This document shows positions 27,218-38,583 of a DNA stretch of 42,015 nt, piece after piece; within the stretch, counting starts at the first letter, position 1; every line of letters starts with the position of its first letter. The notes under the pieces were generated by a model that saw only the letters and a list, made by a program, of their open reading frames with translations, was not told the origin of the DNA and searched no databases. The position numbers and the translations under genes are program-made. The DNA is taken from the NCBI GenBank assembly GCA_964612905.1, contig CAZTFN010000001.1, forward strand, positions 1-42,015. Direction: 5' to 3'. Source of the stretch: an uncultured Flavobacterium sp. Lineage in GTDB: Bacteria > Bacteroidota > Bacteroidia > Flavobacteriales > Flavobacteriaceae.

Positions 27218-29678
27218 CCGCTTTGTTCAACTGAATTACTTGAGAGAATACAGCACCATCCGTGCTAACTCCTTCGATAAAGAAGCTAATGTCATCTAAG
27301 TTGGTGTCTACCATTTTGAACTCCTTTGAGAGTCCACCTTTTACAGCAACTCTAGGTTCCCAGTGAATGACTCCATAATCTCTGAAGGGTTTTATTTTGT
27401 AAGATGCATACTTGGGCATATAGAATTCCTTTACAGGTTGAAATCCGTAATTAGCCTTTTGTACATACATTGTTGTATTTACAGTCGCTTTATCTCCTGT
27501 AATGTTTAACATATTTTTTCTCGTAAAGATTTTAATGGCACCTCCGAAGCCTCCATTATTTCCTGAAATTCCAAGACCAAGTCCTTGTCGGTCTACTATG
27601 ATTCGATCTACCTCTGTGGTATTCATAGAGCCTAAAATATCGAAATTACTTAAGATTACGTTGTCTAAGAAGATGGTTGGGGAGCCTCCAATGCTGCTGC
27701 CGCTTGAGCGTGTCAAGGTACTGTCTTGAGAGATGCTTGAAGCAATTCCACCTCCTCTTGAGCGGGCTACGATATTTATAGATCCCATTCTGCCTGAGAA
27801 TCCGTCTCCATAAAACACGTCATATCCACTGTTTTGGATAAAATCAAGTACCGTACGAAACTTGATGGCGACCTCTTTATCAACTTTTGTGATTTTACCA
27901 TTGATCAAGATAGGGTCCCTTGTTTCTTTCTGTAGTTTTTTTCTGAGGTCAGTTTTTAAGCGGATTTCATCTAATTGTTCATAGCTATCATCAATGATAA
28001 ACTGTTCTGGAATCGCATTCTTATCTTGATAGAAAGAGATAAAGCTTTGATAACCTTCGGTGTTCACGGTGTCATCACCCATAAATTTGATAAAGCTTAA
28101 ATTCATATTTGGGCGCTTCATTTTTCCTTTCTTATTCATGTATGAAAACCGAATCAATTCACCTTCTTGAGGATAGAAATTTTTAAGAACAAATTTTCCA
28201 TCAGCGTCTACATCTAAAAAAGTCGATTTATTCCAATTTGTTGGATATAGCAGAATTGAGGAGACCTCTTCCGAGTTGTTGTTGACAAAACCATTCACGG
28301 AAATCCCATTTTCAAAATCATACCTTGGTTTTGGAGGAAGGTTGAAAATACGGTCCCAAGAATAGCGGCTCCATCCTTGTGTGACTAACAATGCATCCAA
28401 TTCAAACTGTTTCTTTCTGTTGAAATCCTTGAAATAATACCTTGGATTTTCAATCAATCCTTTCAAATAGGGTTTCAAAAGAATTGCTGAAGCAATAGTG
28501 TGGTCAGGATCATAACTCTTCGTTTCGGAAGGCAAGACAGAAATGCTGGCATCTAATATGTTTTCACCTAAAGGAACTTTTGTGTTTAATGCAACTGCAA
28601 GTGTGTCTTCATCGATTGCTCTCTGGCTAATGTAAAAGTCGAAATTTTTAAAAGCTCTTGTATGATTAAAAAACATACGTTCTAAGATGGGCTGTTCTTT
28701 TTCATTGAACAATGTAATGGTATTGATACCATTATATAGGTCAGCTTTCGCAATGACAACTTGCTTGGTTTTTTGATCAAAGGTTACTGGAATTGGTTTT
28801 ACCTTTCCATCCTTGTGTAAAAGTAACTTGAAAGACTCATCTTTGTATTGATTCCATGATTCCTCATTCATGCTAAGGGTAATAATGGTTTTATCTCCTC
28901 GCAAATTATTCACCATAATTCCTACACCCAATGTTTTGATTTCAGGCAATGCCTGCTCGAATTCTTTGGAACTTTCTAAGGTGACTTTGGCAGTGTAGGT
29001 TTCTCCGGATTGTGGAGTGAAGGTGAATTTTCCAATTCCTAAAAGGTTGCTTCTAAATCGAGCGACTTCTTCTCTTTGGGAATTTAAGATGACACCAGAA
29101 CATTTGGTTCCTTTTCCTTCGTCATCAATTACCTTAATACCAATACTATTTTTGATGTCAACTACCATATTACCTCCTTCCGGAAGAAATTGAAAATCGT
29201 ATTCTTTCTGGTTTGTTTTCTTGGTGTTTTTTCCTGTGATTTTTGGATTGATGATTTGAATCTTCTGTACATAAGAATCGTCTTCCAGAAAGTTTTTCAT
29301 CCAATTGGTAGAAATCTTTAGGAAATATTCTCCTGATGGCAATAGGGAGTCTATCATATAACTTCCTGCAGCTGCTCCGTTTTGCCCAAGGTATAATTTC
29401 TTGTCAATTTGAATCCCATCTGTATCATACAATCCCAAATAAACATTCGTGGTAGCCTTTGAAGTGAGTTCATTTTTCCTATCGTATACATATACTTTAA
29501 ACCATGCTTCTTCACCTGTTAGATAAGTAGTTTTGTTGGTATGAATAAAAAGCGACTCTCTCGGGAGTTTGAAATAGTCTATGTAAGCATCTTGTGCTTT
29601 TTTGTTTTGAGCAGCAGAGATCAACGGACATATCAGCATCCAAAATAGAAGCTGCACCAATTTAGAGGAACGTTTCAT
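27207..29678 (-). CDS. Secreted MG2(macroglobulin)-like + TonB-plug-like protein without beta-barrel, paralog 1
   Basis: RESLFIHTNKTTY..GE..WFK, QFLPEGG, LDALLVTQGWSRY, GGAIKIFT, KEFYMPKY, IHWEP, FIEG. Confidence 0.82.
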   Translation of the reverse strand: MKRSSKLVQLLFWMLICPLISAAQNKKAQDAYIDYFKLPRESLFIHTNKTTYLTGEEAWFKVYVYDRKNELTSKATTNVYLGLYDTDGIQIDKKLYLGQNGAAAGSYMIDSLLPSGEYFLKISTNWMKNFLEDDSYVQKIQIINPKITGKNTKKTNQKEYDFQFLPEGGNMVVDIKNSIGIKVIDDEGKGTKCSGVILNSQREEVARFRSNLLGIGKFTFTPQSGETYTAKVTLESSKEFEQALPEIKTLGVGIMVNNLRGDKTIITLSMNEESWNQYKDESFKLLLHKDGKVKPIPVTFDQKTKQVVIAKADLYNGINTITLFNEKEQPILERMFFNHTRAFKNFDFYISQRAIDEDTLAVALNTKVPLGENILDASISVLPSETKSYDPDHTIASAILLKPYLKGLIENPRYYFKDFNRKKQFELDALLVTQGWSRYSWDRIFNLPPKPRYDFENGISVNGFVNNNSEEVSSILLYPTNWNKSTFLDVDADGKFVLKNFYPQEGELIRFSYMNKKGKMKRPNMNLSFIKFMGDDTVNTEGYQSFISFYQDKNAIPEQFIIDDSYEQLDEIRLKTDLRKKLQKETRDPILINGKITKVDKEVAIKFRTVLDFIQNSGYDVFYGDGFSGRMGSINIVARSRGGGIASSISQDSTLTRSSGSSIGGSPTIFLDNVILSNFDILGSMNTTEVDRIIVDRQGLGLGISGNNGGFGGAIKIFTRKNMLNITGDKATVNTTMYVQKANYGFQPVKEFYMPKYASYKIKPFRDYGVIHWEPRVAVKGGLSKEFKMVDTNLDDISFFIEGVSTDGAVFSQVIQLNKAAKN

Positions 29679-29776
29679 AGTAAAATTTACCCCTAAAAGA
29701 TACGGAAATTTTGATGAAGAGTAGCGTTAAATTCAGTTCAGATAATTGTCTAATAGCGAAGAAGTCTTGTGTAGAT

Positions 29777-32182
29777 TTACTTCTGACTATTTTTAGTCCA
29801 TTGAATTACCTGAGAGAAGATACTTCCATCTGAGGCAATGCCTTCAATATAAAAGTTGACTTCATTCAACCCCGAATTAATGGTAGTGAGTTCTGAATTT
29901 TCATCTTTCGCGAATTTAAGACTGGGTTCCCAATGAATCACGCCATAATCTTTAAAAGCTTCCATATCGTAGTTGAGGTATCTCGGAGTATAGAACTCTT
30001 TTTTTGGCTCAAAACCATGTTGCAATGTAAAATACCTTGAGGTAACACCTCTATTCAAATCTTGATCTTTAAAGAGAGAAATTCTACTAAAGAGATTCAC
30101 AATAATTGCATGGCTTAAAAGTTGATATTGTCCGTTGATCAGAGCATTTACTCTATTATGACTGTAATCAATATACACATCTTCATAAGTTGCAGTGCTT
30201 GTGGTGAGGAAATGGTGCATATTCATAACGGGAATTTGATCCACATAAAAAACGACAGGTCTGGGAGCTCCTTTTGCAATTTTTTCTTTGGCAATAACAC
30301 TCATAGAGGCGGTGCTATCATATATTATAAAGAACTTCTCATCTGCAAGAATGTCTCTAACGGTTCTCGTTTGTTTTACTAAAGAGTCGGTGATCTTAAT
30401 AATACTTCCTTTAAATTTTGGACCTTTCTTTTTAAAAACTGGATCTAGTCTACTCGATAATACGATTTCATCCAATACTTCGTTTTTATTCAGGAAGTTC
30501 TGAGGAATTATATTCTTATCACTATAATACGATTTGAATTCATGAAAAGGACTGGTGTTGATTCTGTCGGTTTCCCATCTTAATGCACTACTTAAGCCCA
30601 ATTTTGGAGGTTGTGTTCTGCCTTTTTTTGAGACCAAGCTAAATCGAAGCTTTTCATCTTTCATTGGAAAAAAGTTCGGAATTCGAAAACGTCCATTTTT
30701 ATCAAAATCGATAAATCGACTGCTGTTATTTTCGGTAGGTAATAGGAGCAGTCTCATTCCTTCCTTTAAACCAGTGTTTATTCCTCCACTAATCATAATG
30801 CCATTCTCAAAGTCATAATTCATTTGAGGAGGACTTGTGAAAATATCGCTCCACTCATATCGGCTCCACCCTTGAGTTAATAGTAAAAGATCCAAAGCAT
30901 ATTGCCTTTTTCGATCCTGCTTTTCAAAATAATATCTGGGATTTTCAATAAAACCTCTGACATGTGATTTTAAATAGAAAGCTGAAATAATGGAATGTTT
31001 TGGGTTGTAACTTTTTGTATCGTGCGGCAATACAGAAATACTCGCAGTAAGTGAAATACTGTCTTTTAGGTTACTTTTCAGGGCGTAAATAATGGAATCT
31101 TTACTACTAACTTGGGAATCAATATTCAATTGATAATGATTCACGAGCGCTTCATTAAAAAACATGCGTTCTAACAATGGCGTGCGACCATCGAATAGTG
31201 TAATCGTATTTACTCCTTTGAACAGTAGTTGTTTGTCTATGCTGATTCGTTCCGTTGAATTGTTTAAGGTGACAGGAATAGACTTTGTATTTCCATTTTG
31301 ATGAATGACAAGTTTGTATTCCCGTCCTTGAAGTTTGGAGAAAGTAGCTGCATTGGTCGCCACATCAATAAGCACTTGATTTTTTCTAAGGTTATTGAGG
31401 CGAATAATAATTCCTTCCGTTTTCGGTTTGGGTAATTCTTGCACTACTTCCTTATCATTATTTAGGAAGGTAATTTTCGCGCTGTATACTTCATCTTTTT
31501 TAGGGGTAAAAGAAAACCTTCCCAATCCGAGGAAGTTGGTTTTAATCTCGGCAATTTCTTCATTTTTTGAGTTGACAATGCTTCCTGTAATAGAAGTTCC
31601 TTTTCCAGTATCATCCAGTGCCTTAATTCCTACATTGTTCTTAACCCCATACAACAAATGACCTCCTTCAGGTAAAAACTGAACATCATATTCTATAGAG
31701 TTTACTTTTGTGGATTGGTTAGGCTTGAAATCCTCTGGATTGATTACGCGAATTTTCTGAATAAAGGAATCATCTTCTTTAAAATTCTTCATCCACTGTG
31801 TGTGAATTTTTAGATAGTAATCACCGGTGGTGAGGGTTGTATCCAAAGCTATGTTCCCAGAAGCAATACCGTCTTTCGCTAAAAATAACTTCTTGTCAAG
31901 TTGGTTTCCCTTCGCATCATAAAGTCCTAGATGAATATTGCTTGTCACTTTAGAGGAAAGATGACTTTTGCGATCGTAAGCGTAGGCTGTAAACCAGATC
32001 TCCTCACTTTCTCCAATAACATAGGTGGTTTTATTGGTATGCAAATACAGTGATTCTCTAGGAAGGCTAAAATAGTCCACGTAAGCATCTACAGCCCTTT
32101 TCTCTTGTGAAATTAATAAGGTTGGAGATCCATAAACCATCAGTAAAAGGATCACTTGAAAGATGGGAAACTTCTTTTTCAT
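29777..32182 (-). CDS. MG2-like + plug-like protein, paralog 2 (divergent; likely ATG 32182)
   Basis: Same motif series: RESLYLHTNK, QFLPEGG, LDLLLLTQGWSRY, KEFYTPRY, IHWEP, YIEG. Confidence 0.82.
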   Translation of the reverse strand: MKKKFPIFQVILLLMVYGSPTLLISQEKRAVDAYVDYFSLPRESLYLHTNKTTYVIGESEEIWFTAYAYDRKSHLSSKVTSNIHLGLYDAKGNQLDKKLFLAKDGIASGNIALDTTLTTGDYYLKIHTQWMKNFKEDDSFIQKIRVINPEDFKPNQSTKVNSIEYDVQFLPEGGHLLYGVKNNVGIKALDDTGKGTSITGSIVNSKNEEIAEIKTNFLGLGRFSFTPKKDEVYSAKITFLNNDKEVVQELPKPKTEGIIIRLNNLRKNQVLIDVATNAATFSKLQGREYKLVIHQNGNTKSIPVTLNNSTERISIDKQLLFKGVNTITLFDGRTPLLERMFFNEALVNHYQLNIDSQVSSKDSIIYALKSNLKDSISLTASISVLPHDTKSYNPKHSIISAFYLKSHVRGFIENPRYYFEKQDRKRQYALDLLLLTQGWSRYEWSDIFTSPPQMNYDFENGIMISGGINTGLKEGMRLLLLPTENNSSRFIDFDKNGRFRIPNFFPMKDEKLRFSLVSKKGRTQPPKLGLSSALRWETDRINTSPFHEFKSYYSDKNIIPQNFLNKNEVLDEIVLSSRLDPVFKKKGPKFKGSIIKITDSLVKQTRTVRDILADEKFFIIYDSTASMSVIAKEKIAKGAPRPVVFYVDQIPVMNMHHFLTTSTATYEDVYIDYSHNRVNALINGQYQLLSHAIIVNLFSRISLFKDQDLNRGVTSRYFTLQHGFEPKKEFYTPRYLNYDMEAFKDYGVIHWEPSLKFAKDENSELTTINSGLNEVNFYIEGIASDGSIFSQVIQWTKNSQK

Positions 32183-32217
32183 ATTGAACAAGCTTTCTAT
32201 GGTTAATACTTAATCAA

Positions 32218-32266
32218 AATCAAAAAGTCCAAAAATATCAATTTGATATTTTTGGACTTTTTGATT
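32218..32266. terminator. Perfect 24-bp-arm palindrome, probable terminator between paralogs 3 and 2
   Basis: aatcaaaaagtccaaaaatatcaa-t-ttgatatttttggactttttgatt. Confidence 0.7.
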
Positions 32267-32303
32267 CATCATCTGTTACGAATTGTGTAACTCATATGAT
32301 TTA

Positions 32304-34712
32304 TTAATTGCTATTATTTTCAATTTTGACCACTTGGGAGAATACTTTACCATCGGTGCTCACACCTTCAATAAAGAAGCTAATTTCATCCAAGTTAGTA
32401 TCTACAATTTTGAATTCATTCGAGACACCGTTTTGTACAGTTACGTTAGGTTCCCAATGGATCACTCCATAATTTCTGAAGGATGACATTTTATAAGAAG
32501 CATACTTGGGCATATAGAATTCTTTTACGGCTTGGAATCCGTAATCAGCTTTTTGAGTATACATGGTTGTGTTTGCACTACCTTTATCTCCAGTAATACT
32601 TAAGATATCTCTTCTGGTGAAGATTTTAATTGCACCACCAAATCCACCTCTGTTTCCAGAAATTCCTAAACCAATTCCTTGTCGATCGATGATGATACGA
32701 TCTACTTCAGTCGTATTCATCGTACTTAAGATATTGAAATCATTAATGATCACATTGTCTAGGAAAATGGTTGGAGCGCTTTCCCCTCCTCTTGAACGTG
32801 CAACAATATTCACCGATCCTAATCGAGATGCAACTCCGTCTCCGTAGAATACATCATATCCATTGTTCTGGATAAAATCGATTACCGTACGAAATTGTGT
32901 CGCAATTTCTTTCGTCACTTTCGTAATCTTACCATTGAGTAAGATTGGGTCTCTAGTTTCTTTTTTAAGCTTCTTTTTGTAATCAGTTTTTAATTGAATT
33001 TCATCCAATTGCTCGTAACTGTCATCGATGATAAATTGCTCTGGAATGGTGCTTTTATCTTGATAGAAGGATATGAAGCTTTTATACCCTTCGGTGTTTA
33101 CGACATCTTTTCCTACAAACTTAATGAAGCTTAAGTTCATTTTTGGACGCTTCATTTTTCCTTTTTTATCCATATAAGAGAATCGGATGAATTCACCTTC
33201 TTGTGGATAAAAATTCTTCAAGTTGAATTTCCCTTCCTTGTCGATATCAATAAAGGTAGATTTATTCAAGTTGGTTGGGTACAATAGGACAGAGGTAATT
33301 TTCTCCGTATTGCCATTGATGAAACCATTGACAGAAACTCCATTTTCAAAATCATAGGTAGGCTTTGGAGGAAGATTAAAAATACGATCCCATGAGTATC
33401 GACTCCAGCCTTGTGTTACTAACAAAGCATCCAATTCAAATTGTTTCTTTCTATTGAAGTCTTTGAAATAGTATCTAGGGTTTTCGATAACACCTTTTAC
33501 ATAGGGTTTTAAAAGGATAGCAGAAACAATGGTGTGATCAGGGTCATAGCTCTTTGTTTCCGAAGGTAATACAGAAATACTAGCATCCAATATGTTGGCC
33601 CCTAAAGGGATTTTTGTATTTAAGGCAACTGCAAGTGTATCCTCATCTATTTCTCTTTGACTCACATAAAAATCGAAGTTTTTCAATGCATCAGTATGAT
33701 TGAAGAACATACGTTCTAAGATAGGTTGCTCTTTGTCATTGAATAAAGTAACTGTATTTACACCGTTGTATAAATCGGTTTTGGCAATAACTATTTGCTT
33801 GGTTTTTTGATCAAAAACTACCGGGATGGACTTTACTTTTCCATCTTTATGTAAGAGTAATTTAAAGGATTCATCTTTGAACTGATTCCATGAATCTTCA
33901 TTCATGCTTAGGGTAATAATAGTTTTGTCACCACGTAAATTGTTCACCATAATTCCTACTCCTAATTTTTTGATTTCAGGAATGGCTTGCTCAAACTCTT
34001 TTGAGTTTTCCAAGGTTACTTTGGCGATATAACTTTCTCCAGTTTCTGGAGTAAAAGAAAACTTTCCGATTCCCAAAGGATTGCTTCTAAATCGAGCGAC
34101 TTCTTCATTGTTGGAGTTGACTATGACTCCTGTACATTTTGTTCCTTTTCCTTCATCATTGATCACTTTGATCCCAATATTGTTCTTAATATCTGCAACA
34201 ATATGCCCTCCTTCAGGAAGGAATTGAAAATCGTATTCTTTACTGCTTATTTTCTTGGCATTTTTTCCTTTGAGTTTCGGATTGATAATCTGAATCTTCT
34301 GAACGTAAGAATCATCTTCTTGGAAGTTTTTCATCCAATTGGTAGAGATTTTTAAGAAATACTCTCCTGATGGCAACAAGGAATCTATGGTGTAATTTCC
34401 AGCAGCAGCTCCATTCTTTCCGAGGTATAATTTCTTATCTATTTGAACTCCATCACTATCGTACAATCCTAAATAGACGTTGGTCGTAGTTTTTGAGGTA
34501 AGTTCATTTTTTCTGTCGAATGCATATGCCTTAAACCAAATGTCTTCTTGAGACAAGTAAGTGGTTTTGTTGGTATGCAAATAGAGGGTTTCTCTAGGGA
34601 GCTTAAAGTATTCCAAATAGGATTCTTCAGCTTGGTTTTCTTCCTGCCCGAAAGCAAAAAAAGTTGAGAAAAATAATGTAAGTAAGATTAGGGATGATAG
34701 TCTTCTTTTCAT
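32304..34712 (-). CDS. MG2-like + plug-like protein, paralog 3 (likely ATG 34712)
   Basis: MKRRLSSLILLTLFFSTFFAFGQ signal peptide; long identical stretches shared with paralog 1. Confidence 0.82.
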   Translation of the reverse strand: MKRRLSSLILLTLFFSTFFAFGQEENQAEESYLEYFKLPRETLYLHTNKTTYLSQEDIWFKAYAFDRKNELTSKTTTNVYLGLYDSDGVQIDKKLYLGKNGAAAGNYTIDSLLPSGEYFLKISTNWMKNFQEDDSYVQKIQIINPKLKGKNAKKISSKEYDFQFLPEGGHIVADIKNNIGIKVINDEGKGTKCTGVIVNSNNEEVARFRSNPLGIGKFSFTPETGESYIAKVTLENSKEFEQAIPEIKKLGVGIMVNNLRGDKTIITLSMNEDSWNQFKDESFKLLLHKDGKVKSIPVVFDQKTKQIVIAKTDLYNGVNTVTLFNDKEQPILERMFFNHTDALKNFDFYVSQREIDEDTLAVALNTKIPLGANILDASISVLPSETKSYDPDHTIVSAILLKPYVKGVIENPRYYFKDFNRKKQFELDALLVTQGWSRYSWDRIFNLPPKPTYDFENGVSVNGFINGNTEKITSVLLYPTNLNKSTFIDIDKEGKFNLKNFYPQEGEFIRFSYMDKKGKMKRPKMNLSFIKFVGKDVVNTEGYKSFISFYQDKSTIPEQFIIDDSYEQLDEIQLKTDYKKKLKKETRDPILLNGKITKVTKEIATQFRTVIDFIQNNGYDVFYGDGVASRLGSVNIVARSRGGESAPTIFLDNVIINDFNILSTMNTTEVDRIIIDRQGIGLGISGNRGGFGGAIKIFTRRDILSITGDKGSANTTMYTQKADYGFQAVKEFYMPKYASYKMSSFRNYGVIHWEPNVTVQNGVSNEFKIVDTNLDEISFFIEGVSTDGKVFSQVVKIENNSN

Positions 34713-34849
34713 GGTGTTTTTTTGTAATAGTTCAATTTTTACTCTAAAATAACCCATAATTATGAGATACATTTCAGATTGGACACAAATCATGCCGTAA
34801 AGCTTAATCGGAGTATAAATTTTATGATTCCTTTAAGAATTTCGGGTAT

Positions 34850-34884
34850 AAAAAAAGTCCTCAGAAGAAAATCTAAGGACTTTT
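34850..34884 (-). terminator. groL terminator
   Basis: aaaaaaagtcct...aggactttt downstream of the groL stop. Confidence 0.7.
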
Positions 34885-34908
34885 ACTTTATTTATAAACC
34901 TAATTGAT

Positions 34909-36555
<1,647 letters not shown>

Positions 36556-36565
36556 TTAAATGAAA

Positions 36566-36841
36566 TTAAATGATTGCGAGGATATCACTCTCACGCATAA
36601 TTAAATAGTCTTTTCCTTCAAACTTTAATTCTGTACCGGCATACTTTCCGTACAAAACAGTGTCACCAACTTTTACAGTTAAAGGCTCATCTTTTTTACC
36701 AGTTCCTACGGCAACCACAATTCCTTTTTGTGGCTTTTCTTTTGCTGTATCTGGAATAATAATCCCTGAAGCGGTAGTCGTTTCGGCTGCAGCAGGTTCA
36801 ACAAGAACTCTATCTGCTAAAGGTTGAATATTCAATCCCAT
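36566..36841 (-). CDS. groES: Co-chaperonin GroES
   Basis: [35 protein letters not shown]. Confidence 0.99.
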   Translation of the reverse strand: MGLNIQPLADRVLVEPAAAETTTASGIIIPDTAKEKPQKGIVVAVGTGKKDEPLTVKVGDTVLYGKYAGTELKFEGKDYLIMRESDILAII

Positions 36842-36883
36842 ATATGTTGTATTTATATTAGTTTAAAATCTGTTTTTCAATAG

Positions 36884-36923
36884 TCAGAAACTATGCCATC
36901 GGATGGAAACTGACATATTTTCA
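36884..36923 (-). promoter_or_regulatory. sigma54-like (-24/-12) element TGGCATAGTTTCTGA with upstream TGAAA-ATA-TGTCA motif
   Basis: Spacing matches TGGCAC-N5-TTGC with a relaxed -12; about 43 nt upstream of groES. Confidence 0.45.
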
Positions 36924-36953
36924 AGATGGAAGTTTTGAGGCCTAGTTTCGGGT

Positions 36954-36991
36954 AAAAAAAATGCCAACGTGTCATTCGTTGGCATTTTTTT
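36954..36991 (-). terminator. secG operon terminator
   Basis: aaaaaaaatgccaacg-tgtcatt-cgttggcattttttt. Confidence 0.85.
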
Positions 36992-37006
36992 AATATGTTT
37001 TTCTAA

Positions 37007-37339
37007 TTAGATAGAATCGTTCGATGAAGGAGGAACTGATGTAGTGTTTGTAGCTGGTGTGCTTACCTCATTCAACGTGTTATCAATATTGATTCCATTA
37101 TCACCTCCTCTTGGAATGGCAAAGTTTGCCAATAAGATCAATGCAAACATTGCAATGGCCAATGTCCATGTAGTTCTATCTAGGAAGTTATTTGTGCTTT
37201 GAACTCCTCCAATTGAAGAACCTCCACCTCCTCCAAAAGAAGAAGACAATCCTCCACCTTTAGGATTTTGCACCATCACGATTAATATTAATGCGATAGC
37301 GATGATCAAGATTAATATTAAAAAGACTGTATAACTCAT
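37007..37339 (-). CDS. secG: Preprotein translocase subunit SecG
   Basis: VMVQNPKGGGLSSSFGG...FLDRTTW. Confidence 0.95.
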   Translation of the reverse strand: MSYTVFLILILIIAIALILIVMVQNPKGGGLSSSFGGGGGSSIGGVQSTNNFLDRTTWTLAIAMFALILLANFAIPRGGDNGINIDNTLNEVSTPATNTTSVPPSSNDSI

Positions 37340-38052
37340 GATTTATTTTTTTGTAAAATTCTGACTCTCTTAATTTGGTCTGCAAAGAAACCACTTTTTT
37401 CTGGATATTTCAAACTTAATATTTCGTATGCTTTGATGGCTTTTGAGTACTTTCTTTGCTCTAGATAAACCTTGGCTAATGTTTCTGTCATCAAAGACTT
37501 ATCTACTTTGTTTTTAGGGATTTCAACCTGTACTTTTTCACCTTTATCTACAGGAATAATCTTTGGATTGTTTTCAATAAAACGATCGATAATATCAAAC
37601 TTATCCAGTGGTTTTTTCTCTTCTCTTATAATGGGTTTTCTGGTAGATAATTGCAACCACTCATTAAAGGAATGTGTCTCGCGAGGAGAAAATTCAATAG
37701 GTTTACCAAGGTCTAACTCTTTTGCTACTTCGGGAGCACTCTCTTGAATAATAACAGGATCTTCTTCAGAGATTTTTTGTGAAATCTGTTGATGAATATC
37801 TTCTTGAGTCTCCTCAAACTTTTCAGAGGTAATGAAGTCGAACAAAACGGCTCGATCTGAAGTATAAGAAGCCGTAACCTTCAATTCATTGTTGTATCGA
37901 AAGCTATCTTGATTTTTTAGACCCTTTAAATATAATGCACGTGCTGATTGAAAATATGGATATTCTTTGATAATAGATTTCAACTCAGAAATATGCTCAT
38001 TTTTTAAGAGCTCTGGTTGGGATAGTAACTCCGAATATGTCTTGACTTCCAT
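37336..38052 (-). CDS. Conserved Bacteroidota TPR-like protein
   Basis: YPYFQ...DRAVLFDFI N-block and MTETLAKVYLEQ..Y.KA..AYEILSLKYPEKS.FFA C-block; lies between lptE and secG. Confidence 0.85.
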   Translation of the reverse strand: MEVKTYSELLSQPELLKNEHISELKSIIKEYPYFQSARALYLKGLKNQDSFRYNNELKVTASYTSDRAVLFDFITSEKFEETQEDIHQQISQKISEEDPVIIQESAPEVAKELDLGKPIEFSPRETHSFNEWLQLSTRKPIIREEKKPLDKFDIIDRFIENNPKIIPVDKGEKVQVEIPKNKVDKSLMTETLAKVYLEQRKYSKAIKAYEILSLKYPEKSGFFADQIKRVRILQKNKS

Positions 38053-38558
38053 TACCATTTTGCCACGGAAGCATTAAAGATGTCTTGAATCACTCTTTCT
38101 AGAATCTCATCCAAAGCGCTGTCCAAAACTCCTCCAGTCAATTGAGCGTTTGCATCAAAATCAGAATAAAAAGAGAATTGTTTTTCAAAGTCATCATCCT
38201 CTTTCAATCGATTGTAGAATCGAACATTCACAGTAATGGTCAATCGGTTTTGCGCTGCAGTTTGTTGCGAAGTGGCACTCATCGGATTTACACGATATTG
38301 TGTAATCTCACCTTCAAAACGAAGGTCTCCATTATTGTTCACCAAGTCCAGATTGGTCTGGCGCAAAAACAAATCTTGCATGTCTTGCGTGAAACGCTGA
38401 CTCAATGTAGGCTCTACCAGTGCTGCTTGATTCGGAAAGAAGTCAATCTGAATGGTCTTGGCATCCCCTGTGCTACCTCCAGTAAAAGAATAGGCTCCAC
38501 AAGCCATAAGGATAGAACTAATCAGAACAAAGAAAGAATATTGGATAAATTTTTTCAT
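38052..38558 (-). CDS. lptE: LptE family lipoprotein, copy A
   Basis: Lipobox LMAC; YSFTGG, FFPNQA, LRFEGEI, AAQNRLTITVNVRF, QDIFNASVAKW. Confidence 0.85.
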   Translation of the reverse strand: MKKFIQYSFFVLISSILMACGAYSFTGGSTGDAKTIQIDFFPNQAALVEPTLSQRFTQDMQDLFLRQTNLDLVNNNGDLRFEGEITQYRVNPMSATSQQTAAQNRLTITVNVRFYNRLKEDDDFEKQFSFYSDFDANAQLTGGVLDSALDEILERVIQDIFNASVAKW

Positions 38559-38583
38559 ACGATCAAAAGTACAAATTCGGAAA

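Noticed and set aside
27207-34712. Diversity-generating retroelement or assembly duplication explaining the paralogs
   Set aside because: Differences are spread throughout, include many synonymous changes and are not adenine-specific; no reverse transcriptase is present
34713-34793. Extended N-terminus of paralog 3
   Set aside because: The signal peptide begins at ATG 34712
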